Assembly (NCBI GenBank): GCA_964640955.1
Contig: CAZXJI010000005.1
Coordinates: 65,768 to 129,767 of the forward strand
Origin: an uncultured Oscillospiraceae bacterium
Lineage (GTDB): Bacteria; Bacillota; Clostridia; Christensenellales; Aristaeellaceae
DNA length: 64,000 bases
Reading direction: 5' to 3'
Numbering within the stretch: position 1 is the stretch's first letter; each line of letters opens with the position of its first letter. Positions 1-10,113 of this stretch are shown here, one piece after another. The position numbers and the translations under genes are program-made. The notes under the pieces were generated by a model. The model ran no database searches. It saw only the letters and a list, made by a program, of their open reading frames with translations, and was not told the DNA's origin.

Positions 1-169
1 ACGATGCTCCCCTTCCGCCCGTCGATGCGGATTCCGCATACTCAACTACATATAATACGGGAGACCGGCGCGGCTGTCAAGGGGGCGGGCGGGAAAATTT
101 GCGGCCGCCGTTTCCGGGGAACGGAGCGGGGGGCGTGCCGCGGGCGGGAAAAGAAATCTGAAAAAAACC

Positions 170-198
170 TTGCATTTTCGCTCGCCCCATGGTACAAT
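170..198 (+). promoter_or_regulatory. SigA-type promoter upstream of rpsT
   Basis: TTGCAT (170-175), 17-nt spacer, TACAAT (193-198). TG at 190-191 gives an extended -10. AAGGAGG RBS follows at 222-228. Confidence 0.6.
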
Positions 199-237
199 CA
201 ACTTCGCGATTTATGAAAGCCAAGGAGGTGACAAACG

Positions 238-501
238 TTGCCCAACATCAAATCCGCCATTAAGCGCGTCAAGGTCAGCGAGAAGAAGAACCTTCGCAAC
301 CGGATCGTCAAGACGAAGGTGAAAACCGCGATGAAGAAGTTTGACGCGGAGATCGCGGCCAACCCCGCGAACGCCGGCGCGCAGTACAGCGCAACCGCCT
401 CCGCTATCGATAAGGCCGCCGCCAAGGGCGTCATGCACAAGAACACCGCGAACCGCAAGAAGGCCCGTCTGGCAAAGCAGCTGGCCAACGCCGCGCAGTA
501 A
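238..501 (+). CDS. rpsT: 30S ribosomal protein S20
   Basis: 87-aa basic product MPNIKSAIKRVKVSEKKNLRNR... is typical of S20. TTG start at 238 lies 9 nt after AAGGAGG. Confidence 0.93.
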   Translation: MPNIKSAIKRVKVSEKKNLRNRIVKTKVKTAMKKFDAEIAANPANAGAQYSATASAIDKAAAKGVMHKNTANRKKARLAKQLANAAQ

Positions 502-526
502 CGCAAGGCAGCCCAACAAGAAAGTC

Positions 527-553
527 GGAAGGCGAAAGCCTTCCTATTTCTTT
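527..553 (+). terminator. intrinsic terminator after rpsT
   Basis: GGAAGGC-GAAA-GCCTTCC hairpin followed by TATTTCTTT. Confidence 0.7.
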
Positions 554-592
554 ACCCAAAAATCAAAGGGAAACGGAAAGGCGGCGAGCCGC

Positions 593-1120
593 ATGGAACG
601 CCTGACGCTGATCAAGCCCGGCCCGGAGCACGAGGCGGAGGCGCTTGTCTACCGCGGCGAGATGCTCGCGGCCGCAAGCGTCTTAAACGGCATGGGCACG
701 CTTCGGGACATGGTAAGCTACGCGCAGTGGCTCCAGGACTGCCGCCGGATGGAAAACGAGGAGATGCTCCCGCCGGACACGGTAACCGCCGAGCAGTACC
801 TGTACGTGCGGGAGGCGGACGGCCGCGTGGTGGGCATGATTCAGTTCCGGCATACGCTCAACGCCGCGCTGGCGAGCCACGGCGGGCACATCGGCTATTC
901 GGTGCGGCCTTCGGAAAGGCGCAAAGGCTATGCAAAGCGGATGCTGGCCGCCTGCCTTGCCAAATGCCGGGAGCGGGGCCTTACGCGCGTGCTGGTGACC
1001 TGCCTGACCGAAAATGAGGCGAGCCGCCGCACGATCCTCGCAAACGGCGGAAAACTGGAAAACACGGTCTACGCCCCGGAGAAGGGCGCGACCTTCGAGC
1101 GGTACTGGATCGAACCGTAA
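593..1120 (+). CDS. GNAT family N-acetyltransferase
   Basis: Start taken at the internal ATG (MERLTLIKPG...) of ORF 341..1120. The upstream part of that ORF overlaps rpsT and is Pro/Arg-rich. GNAT-like core ...RPSERRKGYAKRML.... Confidence 0.75.
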   Translation: MERLTLIKPGPEHEAEALVYRGEMLAAASVLNGMGTLRDMVSYAQWLQDCRRMENEEMLPPDTVTAEQYLYVREADGRVVGMIQFRHTLNAALASHGGHIGYSVRPSERRKGYAKRMLAACLAKCRERGLTRVLVTCLTENEASRRTILANGGKLENTVYAPEKGATFERYWIEP

Positions 1121-1157
1121 CAACGAACCGTAATACCGTAATAAAGAAATCACGCGC

Positions 1158-1191
1158 AAAGCCCGGCGGCCGTCAGACCGCCGGGCTTTTG
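1158..1191. terminator. bidirectional terminator hairpin between convergent genes
   Basis: AAAGCCCGGCGG-loop-CCGCCGGGCTTTT, flanked by A-run and T-run, between the GNAT stop and the topoisomerase A-subunit stop. Confidence 0.65.
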
Positions 1192-1221
1192 CCGTCCTGT
1201 TGTGCATGCTGCGGAAGGCGG

Positions 1222-3699
1222 TTATTCCTCGTCCCCGCCCGGCACGCCCGGCGCGAAGGGCAGCACGCCCGTCACCACGTCGTCCAGGATCGCCATGACG
1301 CAGGCGCGGCCCTTGTCCTGCTTGCCCTGCAGGGGCACCTCGCCCGCGGGCAGCACGGTGGGCGCGCTCTTGCGCTGGGTCACCAGCGCGTCGCCCGGCT
1401 GGGCGGCCACGGCCAGCGCGCCCGCGATGTAGGCGCCGTTGGAACCGGATTTGTTGAAATAGAAGGCTTTGACGCCCTTGCCGCCGCGCGACTGGGGTTC
1501 GAAATCCATAAACAGGATGCGTTTGGCATAGCCGCGCTCGCTGATCAGCAGCACCTGCCCGCCGGTCGTCGGCTGCGCGGCGAAGATCACCTCGTCGCCG
1601 CGATCCAGCTGCACGCCGCGCACGCCCGCGGTGGCGCGGCCCATGACGGAAATCTGATCCGTATGGACGCGGATGCTCATACCCAGCCGGGTAATGAGCA
1701 GCAGATCGAGCGCCGGGTCCACGGGGAGCACGGTGAGCAGGCTGTCGCCGTCGCGCAGGTTGACGGCGGCGAATTTCTGCCGTCGCACGTCGTACTCCGC
1801 GGCGGCGGTGCGCTTGAGCTGCCCCCCGCGGGTCACGAAGAGCAGGTCGGGCATGGCGGCAAGCTCCTTTTCGGTGAGGCAGAACAGCTGCACGGGCGTC
1901 TCGTTTTCCTCGATCTCCTTGAGGACGCCGGTCAGCATCAGCCCCCGCTGGGTCGGCTTGTTGCTTTCGCCGAGCAGCTCCACCCCGAGGGTGTGGCAGT
2001 TGCCCAGATTGGTAAACAGGTACAGGGTGCGATCGGTGTCCGTTTCGAAGCGCCACAGGGGCAGGTCGTCGAGGTTGTTGTTTTCCACGCTGACCGGCGG
2101 CAGCTTCTGGTAGAACTTCGGGTAGGTGCGCCTGAGGTACCCGGCGCGGGTGAAGGTGACGGTGGCGAGCTCCGCCACCCGTTCCTGTTCGACGCTGGCG
2201 GCCTCCACGACGTTGTTCGGGTGTTCGACGGTCGTGCGGCGGTCGTCGCCGTACTCGGCGGCAACCTGTTTCAGCTCGTCCTTGACGACCTTCATCAGCT
2301 TGCGCTCGTCCGCGAGGATGGCCTCCAGCTTTTTGATCAGGGCGAGCAGCTCGGCGTATTCCTTGCGCAGGGTCTCGATTTCCAGCCCCGTCAGCCGCTG
2401 CAGCCGCAGGTCGAGCACCGCCTGGGCCTGCACGTCGTCCAGGCTGAACCGGTCCATCAGCCCTGCCTTGGCTTCCTTGGGGGTTTTGCTCGCGCGGATC
2501 AGCGCGATGACCGCGTCCAGGTTGTCCACCGCGATCATCAGCCCGGCTAGGATATGCGCGCGGGCTTTGGCGCGTTCCAGCTCGTAGCGGGTGCGCGCCT
2601 CCACCACGTTTCGCTGGTGGCGGATGTAGTGGCGCAGCACGCGCCGAAGGCTCATCAGCCGGGGCTTGCCGTCGGCAATGGCGACCATGTTGACGCCGAA
2701 GGTCACCTGCAGGTCGCTGTACTTGAACAGGTACCCCAGCACCTTCTCCGCGTCGGCCTCCCTGCGCACCTCCACCACGGCGCGCATGCCGGTGCGGTCG
2801 CTCTCGTCGCGGATATCGTAGATGCCGCCCAGCGCGGCCTTCTTCTCCTCGCTGAGCTTGAGGATTTTTTCCAGCATGGCGGCCTTGTTGACCTGATAGG
2901 GCACCTCGGTGATCACAATCAGCTTGCGCCCGGAGGGGCCGTTTTCGATGTGGGTGCGGGCGCGCAGCGTCAGCTTGCCCCGCCCGGTAACGTAGGCCTG
3001 CCGAATCTCCTCCGTGTCCAAAAGCACCCCGCCGGTGGGAAAATCCGGCGCGGGTATGAATTTCATCAGGTCGTCCACGGAGATGTCGGGGTTGTCGATC
3101 TGCGCGACGATGGCGTTGACGCACTCGCGCAGGTTATGCGGGGGGATGTTGGTCGCAAGCCCGATGGCGATGCCGCTGGCGCCGTTGACGAGGAGGTTGG
3201 GGAAGCGGGCGGGGAGCATGTCCGGCTCCTTTAAGGTGTCGTCGAAGTTGAGCCGGAAGGAGACGGTATCCTTTTCGATGTCGCGCAGCATCTGGGTCGC
3301 CAGCGGCGTCATGCGTGCCTCGGTGTAGCGCATGGCGGCGGCGCTGTCGCCGTCGATGGAGCCGAAGTTGCCGTGCCCGTCCACCAGCTGCCCCCGCATG
3401 CTGAAGTCCTGCGCCATGCGCACCAGCGCGTCGTACACGCTGCTGTCGCCGTGGGGGTGGTACTTGCCCAGGCAGTCGCCCACGATGCGGGCGCATTTGC
3501 GGTGCGGGTTCTGGGGCAGGAGGTTCAACTCCATCATGGTGTATAAAATGCGGCGCTGCACGGGCTTCAATCCGTCCTCCACGCGGGGGATGGCGCGCTC
3601 CATGATGATGTGCTCGGCGTAGGGGATCATGCTGTTGTGCATGACCTCCTCCATGGGCATCTGGATGATGTCGGGCGTGAGGTGGGTCGTATCAGGCAC
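1222..3699 (-). CDS. type IIA DNA topoisomerase subunit A (GyrA/ParC family)
   Basis: [27 protein letters not shown] and [10 protein letters not shown] (active-site Tyr region) motifs. GTG start at 3699 overlaps the subunit B stop by 8 nt. I cannot assign gyrase versus topo IV from sequence alone. Confidence 0.92.
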   Translation of the reverse strand: MPDTTHLTPDIIQMPMEEVMHNSMIPYAEHIIMERAIPRVEDGLKPVQRRILYTMMELNLLPQNPHRKCARIVGDCLGKYHPHGDSSVYDALVRMAQDFSMRGQLVDGHGNFGSIDGDSAAAMRYTEARMTPLATQMLRDIEKDTVSFRLNFDDTLKEPDMLPARFPNLLVNGASGIAIGLATNIPPHNLRECVNAIVAQIDNPDISVDDLMKFIPAPDFPTGGVLLDTEEIRQAYVTGRGKLTLRARTHIENGPSGRKLIVITEVPYQVNKAAMLEKILKLSEEKKAALGGIYDIRDESDRTGMRAVVEVRREADAEKVLGYLFKYSDLQVTFGVNMVAIADGKPRLMSLRRVLRHYIRHQRNVVEARTRYELERAKARAHILAGLMIAVDNLDAVIALIRASKTPKEAKAGLMDRFSLDDVQAQAVLDLRLQRLTGLEIETLRKEYAELLALIKKLEAILADERKLMKVVKDELKQVAAEYGDDRRTTVEHPNNVVEAASVEQERVAELATVTFTRAGYLRRTYPKFYQKLPPVSVENNNLDDLPLWRFETDTDRTLYLFTNLGNCHTLGVELLGESNKPTQRGLMLTGVLKEIEENETPVQLFCLTEKELAAMPDLLFVTRGGQLKRTAAAEYDVRRQKFAAVNLRDGDSLLTVLPVDPALDLLLITRLGMSIRVHTDQISVMGRATAGVRGVQLDRGDEVIFAAQPTTGGQVLLISERGYAKRILFMDFEPQSRGGKGVKAFYFNKSGSNGAYIAGALAVAAQPGDALVTQRKSAPTVLPAGEVPLQGKQDKGRACVMAILDDVVTGVLPFAPGVPGGDEE

Positions 3700-5752
3700 G
3701 GTCGTCCCTCGCTTTCAGGGTGTCGCTCAATTCGGTGAAGCTGTCCTCGCGGCTGAAGTTGGCGTTCTGGCTGATGTATTCGCGCCGCGGCTCCACCTTG
3801 TCGCCCATGAGGACGGTCACGCGCTTTTCCACCAGCGCCGCGTCCTCGATGGTGACCTGCAACAGCTTGCGCGCCTCGGGGTCCATGGTGGTGGCCCAGA
3901 GCTGCTCCGGGTTCATCTCGCCCAGGCCCTTATAGCGCTGGATGGTGTAGTTCTTGATGCCCCGCGTCAGGGCTTTGAGCTCCGCGTCGTCGTAGACGTA
4001 TTCCACCTTATTGCCGCGGGCCACGCGGTACAGCGGCGGCATGCCGATGTACACGTGCCCCTCGGTGATCAGCTCGCGCATGTAGCGATAGAAGAACGTG
4101 AGGAGGATCGCGCGGATGTGCGCCCCGTCCTGATCGGCGTCGCTTAGAATGATCACCTTGTGGTACTTGAGGCCCTTGAGGCTGAAGCTCTCGTCGATGT
4201 TGGTGCCCAGCGCCGTGATGATGGAGCGGAACTCCTCGTTGGACAGCACCTGATCCAGCCGCTTCTTTTCGGCGTTTAAGGGCTTGCCCCGAAGCGGCAG
4301 TATGGCCTGAAAGCGCCGGTCGCGCCCCTGCTTGGCGCTGCCGCCCGCGCTGTCCCCCTCGACGATGAACAGCTCGTTCTTTTCCGGCGTGCGCCCCGTG
4401 CAGCTGGAAAGCTTGCCCACCAGCGGCGCCGCTTCCAGCGCCGACTTGGTGCGCGCCACGTCCCGCGCCTTGCGGGCCGCCTCGCGCACGTGCGCCGCGC
4501 GCACGGCCTTCTCGACCAGCTGCTGGGCCAGCTCCTGATGCTTGAGGTCTTCGAAATAGGCGGTCAGCTGCTGGGTGACGATCGCCTCCACGGCGGGCCG
4601 TACCTCGGTGTTGCCCAGCTTGCCCTTGGTCTGCCCCTCGAACTGCGGGTTTTTGACCATGGCGAGCATGACCGCCGTCATGCCCTCGCGGAAATCGTCG
4701 CCGCCCAGGTTGTTGTCCTTGTCCTTAAGCGCGCCCAGTCGGCGGGCAAAATCGTTCATGACGCGGGTGTAGGCGGCGCGGAAGCCCGTTTCGTGCGTGC
4801 CGCCCTCGCCGGTGGGGATGTTGTTGACGTAGGAAAACACGTTTTCGGTGTAGCTGTCGGTGTACTGGATAGCGATGGAGAACAGGATGTCGTCGCGCGC
4901 GCCTTCCAGGTAGATCGGCTCGTCGAACAGGGGAGTCTTGTCGGCGTCCAGATACTTCACGTAGTCCACGATGCCCCCGTCGAAGCGGAACGTCTGCGTT
5001 CCGGCGTGGGTGTGCTCCGGCGCGGCCTGCCCGGAGGAGACATCCTCGTCGCTTTCGTCCAGCTCGTCGGAGGCGTCCGCCACGGTCTGAACGGGCGCGT
5101 TTTCCCGCTCGTCGGTGAAGGTGATGGACACGCCGCGGTTCAAGTAGGCAAGCTCACGCAGACGCCGCGCCACGGCCTCGCCGTTGAACACCGTGGTCTC
5201 GAACACCTTGTCGTCCGGCAGGAAGCGCACCAGCGTTCCGCGCTTGCGCGTGTTGCCCACCGTGACGAGGGGCCCTACGGGCCGCCCCGCGACGACCTTC
5301 TTTTGATCCGGGTCGAAGCGGCTTTCAAAGCGCATCTGGTAATGGCGGAAGTCGCGGAACACGTCCACCGTCATCCAGGCGGAAAGCGCGTTGACCACGC
5401 TGCCGCCCACGCCGTGCAAACCGCCGGAATAGCGGTAGTTTTCGTTGTTGAACTTGCCGCCCGCGTGCAGCCGGGTGTAGATCACTTCCACGCCGGACAG
5501 CTTGAGAGTGGGGTGCTCGTCCACGGGCACGCCGCGGCCGTCGTCCCAGACGCTCGCGGAGCCGTCCTTGTGCAGCGTCACGCGGATGTCGTGGGCAAAG
5601 CCGCCCATGGCTTCGTCCACGGCGTTGTCGACGATCTCCCACAGCATGTGGTGCAGCCCGCGCGAGCCGGTGGAGCCGATGTACATGCCCGGACGCATGC
5701 GCACCGCGTCCAGCCCTTCCAGCACCTGTATGTTCTGCGCCCCGTAGGTCAA
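3692..5752 (-). CDS. type IIA DNA topoisomerase subunit B (GyrB/ParE family)
   Basis: [56 protein letters not shown] (Toprim) and PLRGK motifs. TTG start at 5752 lies 8 nt after AAGGAG. Confidence 0.92.
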   Translation of the reverse strand: MTYGAQNIQVLEGLDAVRMRPGMYIGSTGSRGLHHMLWEIVDNAVDEAMGGFAHDIRVTLHKDGSASVWDDGRGVPVDEHPTLKLSGVEVIYTRLHAGGKFNNENYRYSGGLHGVGGSVVNALSAWMTVDVFRDFRHYQMRFESRFDPDQKKVVAGRPVGPLVTVGNTRKRGTLVRFLPDDKVFETTVFNGEAVARRLRELAYLNRGVSITFTDERENAPVQTVADASDELDESDEDVSSGQAAPEHTHAGTQTFRFDGGIVDYVKYLDADKTPLFDEPIYLEGARDDILFSIAIQYTDSYTENVFSYVNNIPTGEGGTHETGFRAAYTRVMNDFARRLGALKDKDNNLGGDDFREGMTAVMLAMVKNPQFEGQTKGKLGNTEVRPAVEAIVTQQLTAYFEDLKHQELAQQLVEKAVRAAHVREAARKARDVARTKSALEAAPLVGKLSSCTGRTPEKNELFIVEGDSAGGSAKQGRDRRFQAILPLRGKPLNAEKKRLDQVLSNEEFRSIITALGTNIDESFSLKGLKYHKVIILSDADQDGAHIRAILLTFFYRYMRELITEGHVYIGMPPLYRVARGNKVEYVYDDAELKALTRGIKNYTIQRYKGLGEMNPEQLWATTMDPEARKLLQVTIEDAALVEKRVTVLMGDKVEPRREYISQNANFSREDSFTELSDTLKARDDRA

Positions 5753-5951
5753 ACGAATCTCTCCTTATCGCAAAAACAAAAAATGTTCGGTCACGAAAGT
5801 ATAGCATATTTCAAAGCCGTCTCACAAGCAAGCGGTTTTTTTGCCCGGCTCCGCCCGCTTGCCGTCTCCCGTGCCGCCGTGGTATACTGGTACGGTTCGC
5901 CGTAGGAGCGAAACCTTGACGGGTAGCCCGTTCGCGGGCGGGGAGGGCGGT

Positions 5952-7184
5952 ATGACGAAACGCAGGCATTGGAGCCAGTGGCTGGTGACGGCGCTGGCGC
6001 TGGGGGGCTCCTTCCTCCTGTTTTACGCGCTCGTTCAGCGGCCCGCCAGCGACCTGAGCATTCATGCCGCATGGGCGTCCGAGGGGAACTTCGCCGATCC
6101 GACGTCCTTCGTGCACCACGCCGCGCACCCGTTGTGGCATATGATGGTGGCCGCGCTGATGCTGCTGGGCCCGTCGCTCAACGTGAGCGCGGCGCTGATC
6201 ACGGCGCTGTGGAAGGCGGCGGAGGTCTGGCTTATGATCGAGCTGGCGTCACGGCTCACGGGGGAGCGCGGCTGGCTCGTGGCGCTTTGCGGGCTCGTCG
6301 GCGGCGTGGTGTCCGCGATTCTCGTGCCGGGCGTCAACCCGACGGTGTACGTGGGCGCGGGCTCGCCCAACCCCTGGCACAGCCCCACGCAGATCGCCGC
6401 GCTGGCGATGATGCTTTTGTGCGTGCCCAGGACCGCCGCGATCGTTACGGACTTCAAGCGCCGCCTGCCCGCGGAGGGGGAGAAGGCCAACGTGCCCCCG
6501 CGCGAGGCCATCACGCTTTCGGTGCTGCTGGCGGTGAGCCTGCTGGCCAAGCCCACCTTCCTGCAGGCGTTCCTGCCCGCGGCGTGCCTGTATTTTCTGG
6601 TTCTGTGGATCCGCAGGCCCCGCAACTCCCCGTTTTTTCTGCGCATGATGCTGGTGGCCGCGCCGGCGGTCGTGCTGATGATCCTGCAGTTTCTGTACTA
6701 TTTTCTGCTGTTCCCCGATACGCAGGGCAGCATGACGCTGATGGTCACCTGGCAGAAGACCGGCGAGGTGGCGCTCAAGGCCGTCCTCCTGCGCGCCTTC
6801 CCGCTGTTCGCGCTTTTCGCCTTCGTGCCGCGGGAAACGCGGCGCACGCCCCTGTACCGGCTGTCGCTGCTCATGGACGCGATGAGCGTACTGGAACTGC
6901 TGCTGTTCTCGGAAACGGGCCGCCGCGCCTCCGACGGCAATTTCGGCTGGGCGATGATGGGCTCGGCGCTGATGCTGTGGGCGCTCACCCTGCCCGCCTA
7001 CCTGCGCGCCGCGCGGGGATGGCTTATCCGGCGGCGGGCGGCCGCGCAGGGCAGGCCCTACCTGGAGGAGGAGCCCCGCGCCGAAGCGGTGCCGCTGGGC
7101 GTGGGCGGCGGGCTGCTAATGTGGCACTTGGCCGCCGGCATCTATTACATCGTCTATCTGGCTACGACGTTAAACGCGCTGTAG
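5952..7184 (+). CDS. polytopic integral membrane protein, function unknown
   Basis: Internal ATG (MTKRRHWSQWLVTALALGG...) of ORF 5841..7184. About 10 or more hydrophobic segments. I recognise no catalytic motif. Confidence 0.6.
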   Translation: MTKRRHWSQWLVTALALGGSFLLFYALVQRPASDLSIHAAWASEGNFADPTSFVHHAAHPLWHMMVAALMLLGPSLNVSAALITALWKAAEVWLMIELASRLTGERGWLVALCGLVGGVVSAILVPGVNPTVYVGAGSPNPWHSPTQIAALAMMLLCVPRTAAIVTDFKRRLPAEGEKANVPPREAITLSVLLAVSLLAKPTFLQAFLPAACLYFLVLWIRRPRNSPFFLRMMLVAAPAVVLMILQFLYYFLLFPDTQGSMTLMVTWQKTGEVALKAVLLRAFPLFALFAFVPRETRRTPLYRLSLLMDAMSVLELLLFSETGRRASDGNFGWAMMGSALMLWALTLPAYLRAARGWLIRRRAAAQGRPYLEEEPRAEAVPLGVGGGLLMWHLAAGIYYIVYLATTLNAL

Positions 7185-7195
7185 CGTCCCGAAAC

Positions 7196-7240
7196 GCAAA
7201 AGAACCTGTACCGCCCTTTTTGCGGTACAGGTTCTTTTGC
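7196..7240. terminator. bidirectional terminator (19-bp perfect stem)
   Basis: GCAAAAGAACCTGTACCGC-CCTTTTT-GCGGTACAGGTTCTTTTGC between the convergent membrane-protein and permease genes. Confidence 0.75.
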
Positions 7241-7251
7241 ATATCCGGCGA

Positions 7252-9222
7252 TCAGAACTTGACGAGGTTGTAGTAGGTGCGCGCCGTGCGCAGGTAGAAC
7301 AGCCCGTACAGGGCCGCGATGCCCAGCGCCGAGAGGAACGTGTTGGCCGCGATGTAGGGCACGTCCGACAAGCCGAAGATGCGCAGCATCTGGATCATCA
7401 TGTGCAGGGAACCGGCCACGTGGCATACCGCCACCAGCAGCGGCAGGAAGAACACCAGCATGATCTGCCTGCGCACCGTGCCCTTCACTTCCTCCGGGCT
7501 CATGCCCACCTGCTGGAGGATGATGAACCGGTCGTGATCCTGTATTCCTTCGCTGATTTGCTTGAAATAGAGGATCATCGCCGTGCCCATCAGGAAGATC
7601 AGCCCCAGAAAGACGCCCACGAACAGGAAGCCGCCGTAGAGCGCGTACCATTCGTCGTGAATTTCGGCCTTGTCGACGTAGCTGTAGCCGCCGGCTTCCG
7701 ACAGGCTGCCCTTCAGCTGCGCGCGGTACGCCGAAAGCTGCTGCTGTGTTCCTTCCGTGTTCCATTGCAGTACGTAGATTAGCGTCGGGTCGTCCTCGCC
7801 GCACGCGGCTGCGACGGCCTCGGCGGCCGCGTCGTCCGTTACGACCAGGCAGGTGTTGATCAGCGACATGCCGTCGATGCCGGAAACCGGCACCGGCAGG
7901 GAGGCGATGCGGCGCAGGGTGTAGGCCGTGCCGCCGATCGCAAGCGTGTCGGCCATGGTTTTGGCCGTGGTGCAGCAGGCGATTTCCCCGGGGCCGAGGT
8001 TCAGCTCCTCGCCCTCCAGCGCGGCGTACTGGGCCTGCGTCAGCAACGTCAGGCTGTGCCGGTAGGTGTAGTCGCCCATCGTTACGTTCCGCAGGGACGC
8101 GGCGGGGGTCAGCACGCCGTCGCGGATGAACGCTTCGGTCTCGTAGCACCGGAAGGCGCTCTCGTTAACCAGGGTGACGCCCGTGTCGGCCGCCAGCTGG
8201 GCGTTGGCCGCCTCGAGCTGCGTCTGCTCGTCGGCGCTGCCCGCGGTGACGCGCAGGTCGAGGGGGGCGACGGCGTTGATGGCTTTTTCCGTTCCGTTGT
8301 AGAGCGCGGCGGTCGTGCCCAGGGTGACCATGGCCATCGTGCACAGGATGGCGATGCTCGCCAGCCCCGCGGCATTCTGCTTCATGCGGTACAACAGCCC
8401 CGACACCGTTACGAAGTGCTCGGCGCGGTAGTAATAGCGCTTGCGGCGCTTGAGCAGTTTGAGCACCGCGATGCTCCCGGACATGAACAGCAGATACGTG
8501 CCCGCGATGACCAGCACCACCGCCACGAAGAAAAGCGCCAGCGCCGAAAGCGGATTGGACACGCTCTGGGCGATCCAGTACCCGGCGCCCGTGGTCGCGA
8601 TGCCCAGCACGGCCGGCAACCACCGGGCCCTGGGCTCCCGCTCGCCCACCTGCCCGCCGCGCAGCAGCTCCGCGGGGCTTACGGCGCGCACCTGCCAGAT
8701 ATCGTAGAGAATCAACAGCAGAAACAGCGCCGCGAACAGAATCAGGGTCGTCGTCAGCGCCGAAAGGTTGACCGTCCCCACCAGGGGGACGTCCACCTGC
8801 ATCATCAGCCGGATGAGCAGGAACAGCAGCCGCGTCAGCAGCACGCCCAGTCCCAGCCCGGCGAGCATGGAAAGCAGCCAGGTCAGGCTCAGCTCGTGCG
8901 TCAGCACCCGGGCGACGTGCCTTTTCTCCATGCCGAGAACCGCGTACAGCGCCATCTCCTTTTTGCGCCGCTTGATGAGGAAGCTGTTGGCGTAGAAAAG
9001 AAAGACGGCCGCGAACAGCCCCACCACCACCGCGCCGAATTCGAGCACCGCCAGGAACTGCACCCCGCCGGATACTTTGCTCATGCCGGGGTTGAAGCAG
9101 ATCGTCAGAAAGCTGTACACCGTGTAGGTCAGCAGCACCGAGGCGAACAGGAAAGGCAGGTAGGTGCGGCGGTTGCTGCGCAGGTTGGTCAGCGCCAGGC
9201 GCAGGTACGTCAGTCTACTCAT
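7252..9222 (-). CDS. BceB-like FtsX-family ABC transporter permease
   Basis: 656 aa with about 10 TM segments and a large extracellular domain between TM7 and TM8. Starts MSRLTYLRLALTNLRSNRRTYLPF. Overlaps the ATPase gene by 8 nt. Confidence 0.85.
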   Translation of the reverse strand: MSRLTYLRLALTNLRSNRRTYLPFLFASVLLTYTVYSFLTICFNPGMSKVSGGVQFLAVLEFGAVVVGLFAAVFLFYANSFLIKRRKKEMALYAVLGMEKRHVARVLTHELSLTWLLSMLAGLGLGVLLTRLLFLLIRLMMQVDVPLVGTVNLSALTTTLILFAALFLLLILYDIWQVRAVSPAELLRGGQVGEREPRARWLPAVLGIATTGAGYWIAQSVSNPLSALALFFVAVVLVIAGTYLLFMSGSIAVLKLLKRRKRYYYRAEHFVTVSGLLYRMKQNAAGLASIAILCTMAMVTLGTTAALYNGTEKAINAVAPLDLRVTAGSADEQTQLEAANAQLAADTGVTLVNESAFRCYETEAFIRDGVLTPAASLRNVTMGDYTYRHSLTLLTQAQYAALEGEELNLGPGEIACCTTAKTMADTLAIGGTAYTLRRIASLPVPVSGIDGMSLINTCLVVTDDAAAEAVAAACGEDDPTLIYVLQWNTEGTQQQLSAYRAQLKGSLSEAGGYSYVDKAEIHDEWYALYGGFLFVGVFLGLIFLMGTAMILYFKQISEGIQDHDRFIILQQVGMSPEEVKGTVRRQIMLVFFLPLLVAVCHVAGSLHMMIQMLRIFGLSDVPYIAANTFLSALGIAALYGLFYLRTARTYYNLVKF

Positions 9223-9982
9223 CGGGGTTCCCCCCGTCGGTCAGCGCCGTGAGCGCCGCGATAATCTTGCGGCGGAAAGCCTCGCGCGACGCGTCGCCCG
9301 CGTAGAGCTGGTTTTGCACTTCCCCGTCCTTGATGAACAGCACCCGGGAGGCGTAGCCGGCGGCCTGCGCGCTGTGGGTGACCATCACCACCGTCTGTCC
9401 GGCCTGATGAATGTCCGTGAACATCTGCATCAGCCGCGCGGAAGCCTTGCTATCCAGCGCGCCGGTCGGCTCGTCGGCCAGCAGCAGACGGGGGTTGGTG
9501 ATCAGCGCGCGCGCCACAGCGGCGCGCTGCTTCTGCCCGCCGGAAATCTCGTAGGGGAACTTGGTTTCCAGCCCGCTCAGGCCCAGGTGGGCGACCAGCG
9601 GCGTAAGCCGTGCCTCCATTTCGGCCAGCGGACGGTTTTGCAGCACCAGCGGCAGCAGGATATTGTCCCGGACGGAGAAGGTGTCCAGAAGGTTAAAATC
9701 CTGAAAGACGAAACCCAGGTTATCGCGGCGGAAGGCGGCCTTCTCGGCTTCCTTCACGTCGGCCATCGGCTTGCCTTCCAGGCGAATCTCGCCGCCCGTG
9801 GGTTTATCCAGCGCCGCCAGGAGGTTGAGCAGCGTGGTTTTGCCGCTGCCGCTTTCGCCCATCACGGCGACGAACTCGCCCTTTTCCACCGTGAAGGTCA
9901 CGTTGGAAAGGGCCTGCACCCTCTGCGCGCCGAAGCGCGTGGTATAGACCTTCTGCAGGTTTTTGACTTCCAAAAGCGCCAT
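9215..9982 (-). CDS. BceA-like ABC transporter ATP-binding protein
   Basis: Internal ATG (MALLEVKNLQKVY...). Walker A GESGSGKTT, signature ISGGQKQR, Walker B LLLADEPTGALD. Confidence 0.9.
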   Translation of the reverse strand: MALLEVKNLQKVYTTRFGAQRVQALSNVTFTVEKGEFVAVMGESGSGKTTLLNLLAALDKPTGGEIRLEGKPMADVKEAEKAAFRRDNLGFVFQDFNLLDTFSVRDNILLPLVLQNRPLAEMEARLTPLVAHLGLSGLETKFPYEISGGQKQRAAVARALITNPRLLLADEPTGALDSKASARLMQMFTDIHQAGQTVVMVTHSAQAAGYASRVLFIKDGEVQNQLYAGDASREAFRRKIIAALTALTDGGNPDE

Positions 9983-10069
9983 GTTTTCATCCCTTTCGCG
10001 CCTCTTACCGGGCGCAGCCCAAGCATAGCGCGCCGGCGCGCCGCGTGCCATAGCTGCGGCTTACGCCCG

Positions 10070-10087
10070 CCTTACCGTTTTGTAAGG
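10070..10087 (-). promoter_or_regulatory. candidate response-regulator binding site upstream of the bceA-like gene
   Basis: Inverted repeat CCTTAC-6 nt-GTAAGG about 90-105 nt upstream of the ATPase ATG. Further GTAAG copies (as CTTAC on the + strand) at 10060-10064 and 10004-10008. Confidence 0.3.
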
Positions 10088-10113
10088 TGCGGCGGGCGGA
10101 AAAGGGGAAAGGC

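Noticed and set aside
25-58. 15-bp palindrome ATGCGGATTCCGCAT and a TATAAT-like box at the extreme left edge, possibly an operator and promoter for a leftward gene starting outside the window.
   Set aside because: The putative target gene is not in the window, so this cannot be evaluated.
683-3124. 813-aa ORF on the minus strand, in another frame overlapping the GNAT and topoisomerase A genes.
   Set aside because: The product is extremely Arg/Gly/Pro/Ala-rich with no motifs, which is typical of off-frame shadow ORFs in GC-rich DNA. The overlapping frames encode clearly recognisable proteins.
5872-5895. Shared motif GGTATACTGGTA(C/G)(G/C)GTTC upstream of both the membrane protein (5880s) and ylbF (43564-43585), considered as a common regulatory element.
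   Set aside because: The shared part is essentially an extended -10 box plus a few bases. Two occurrences are insufficient to claim a regulon motif.
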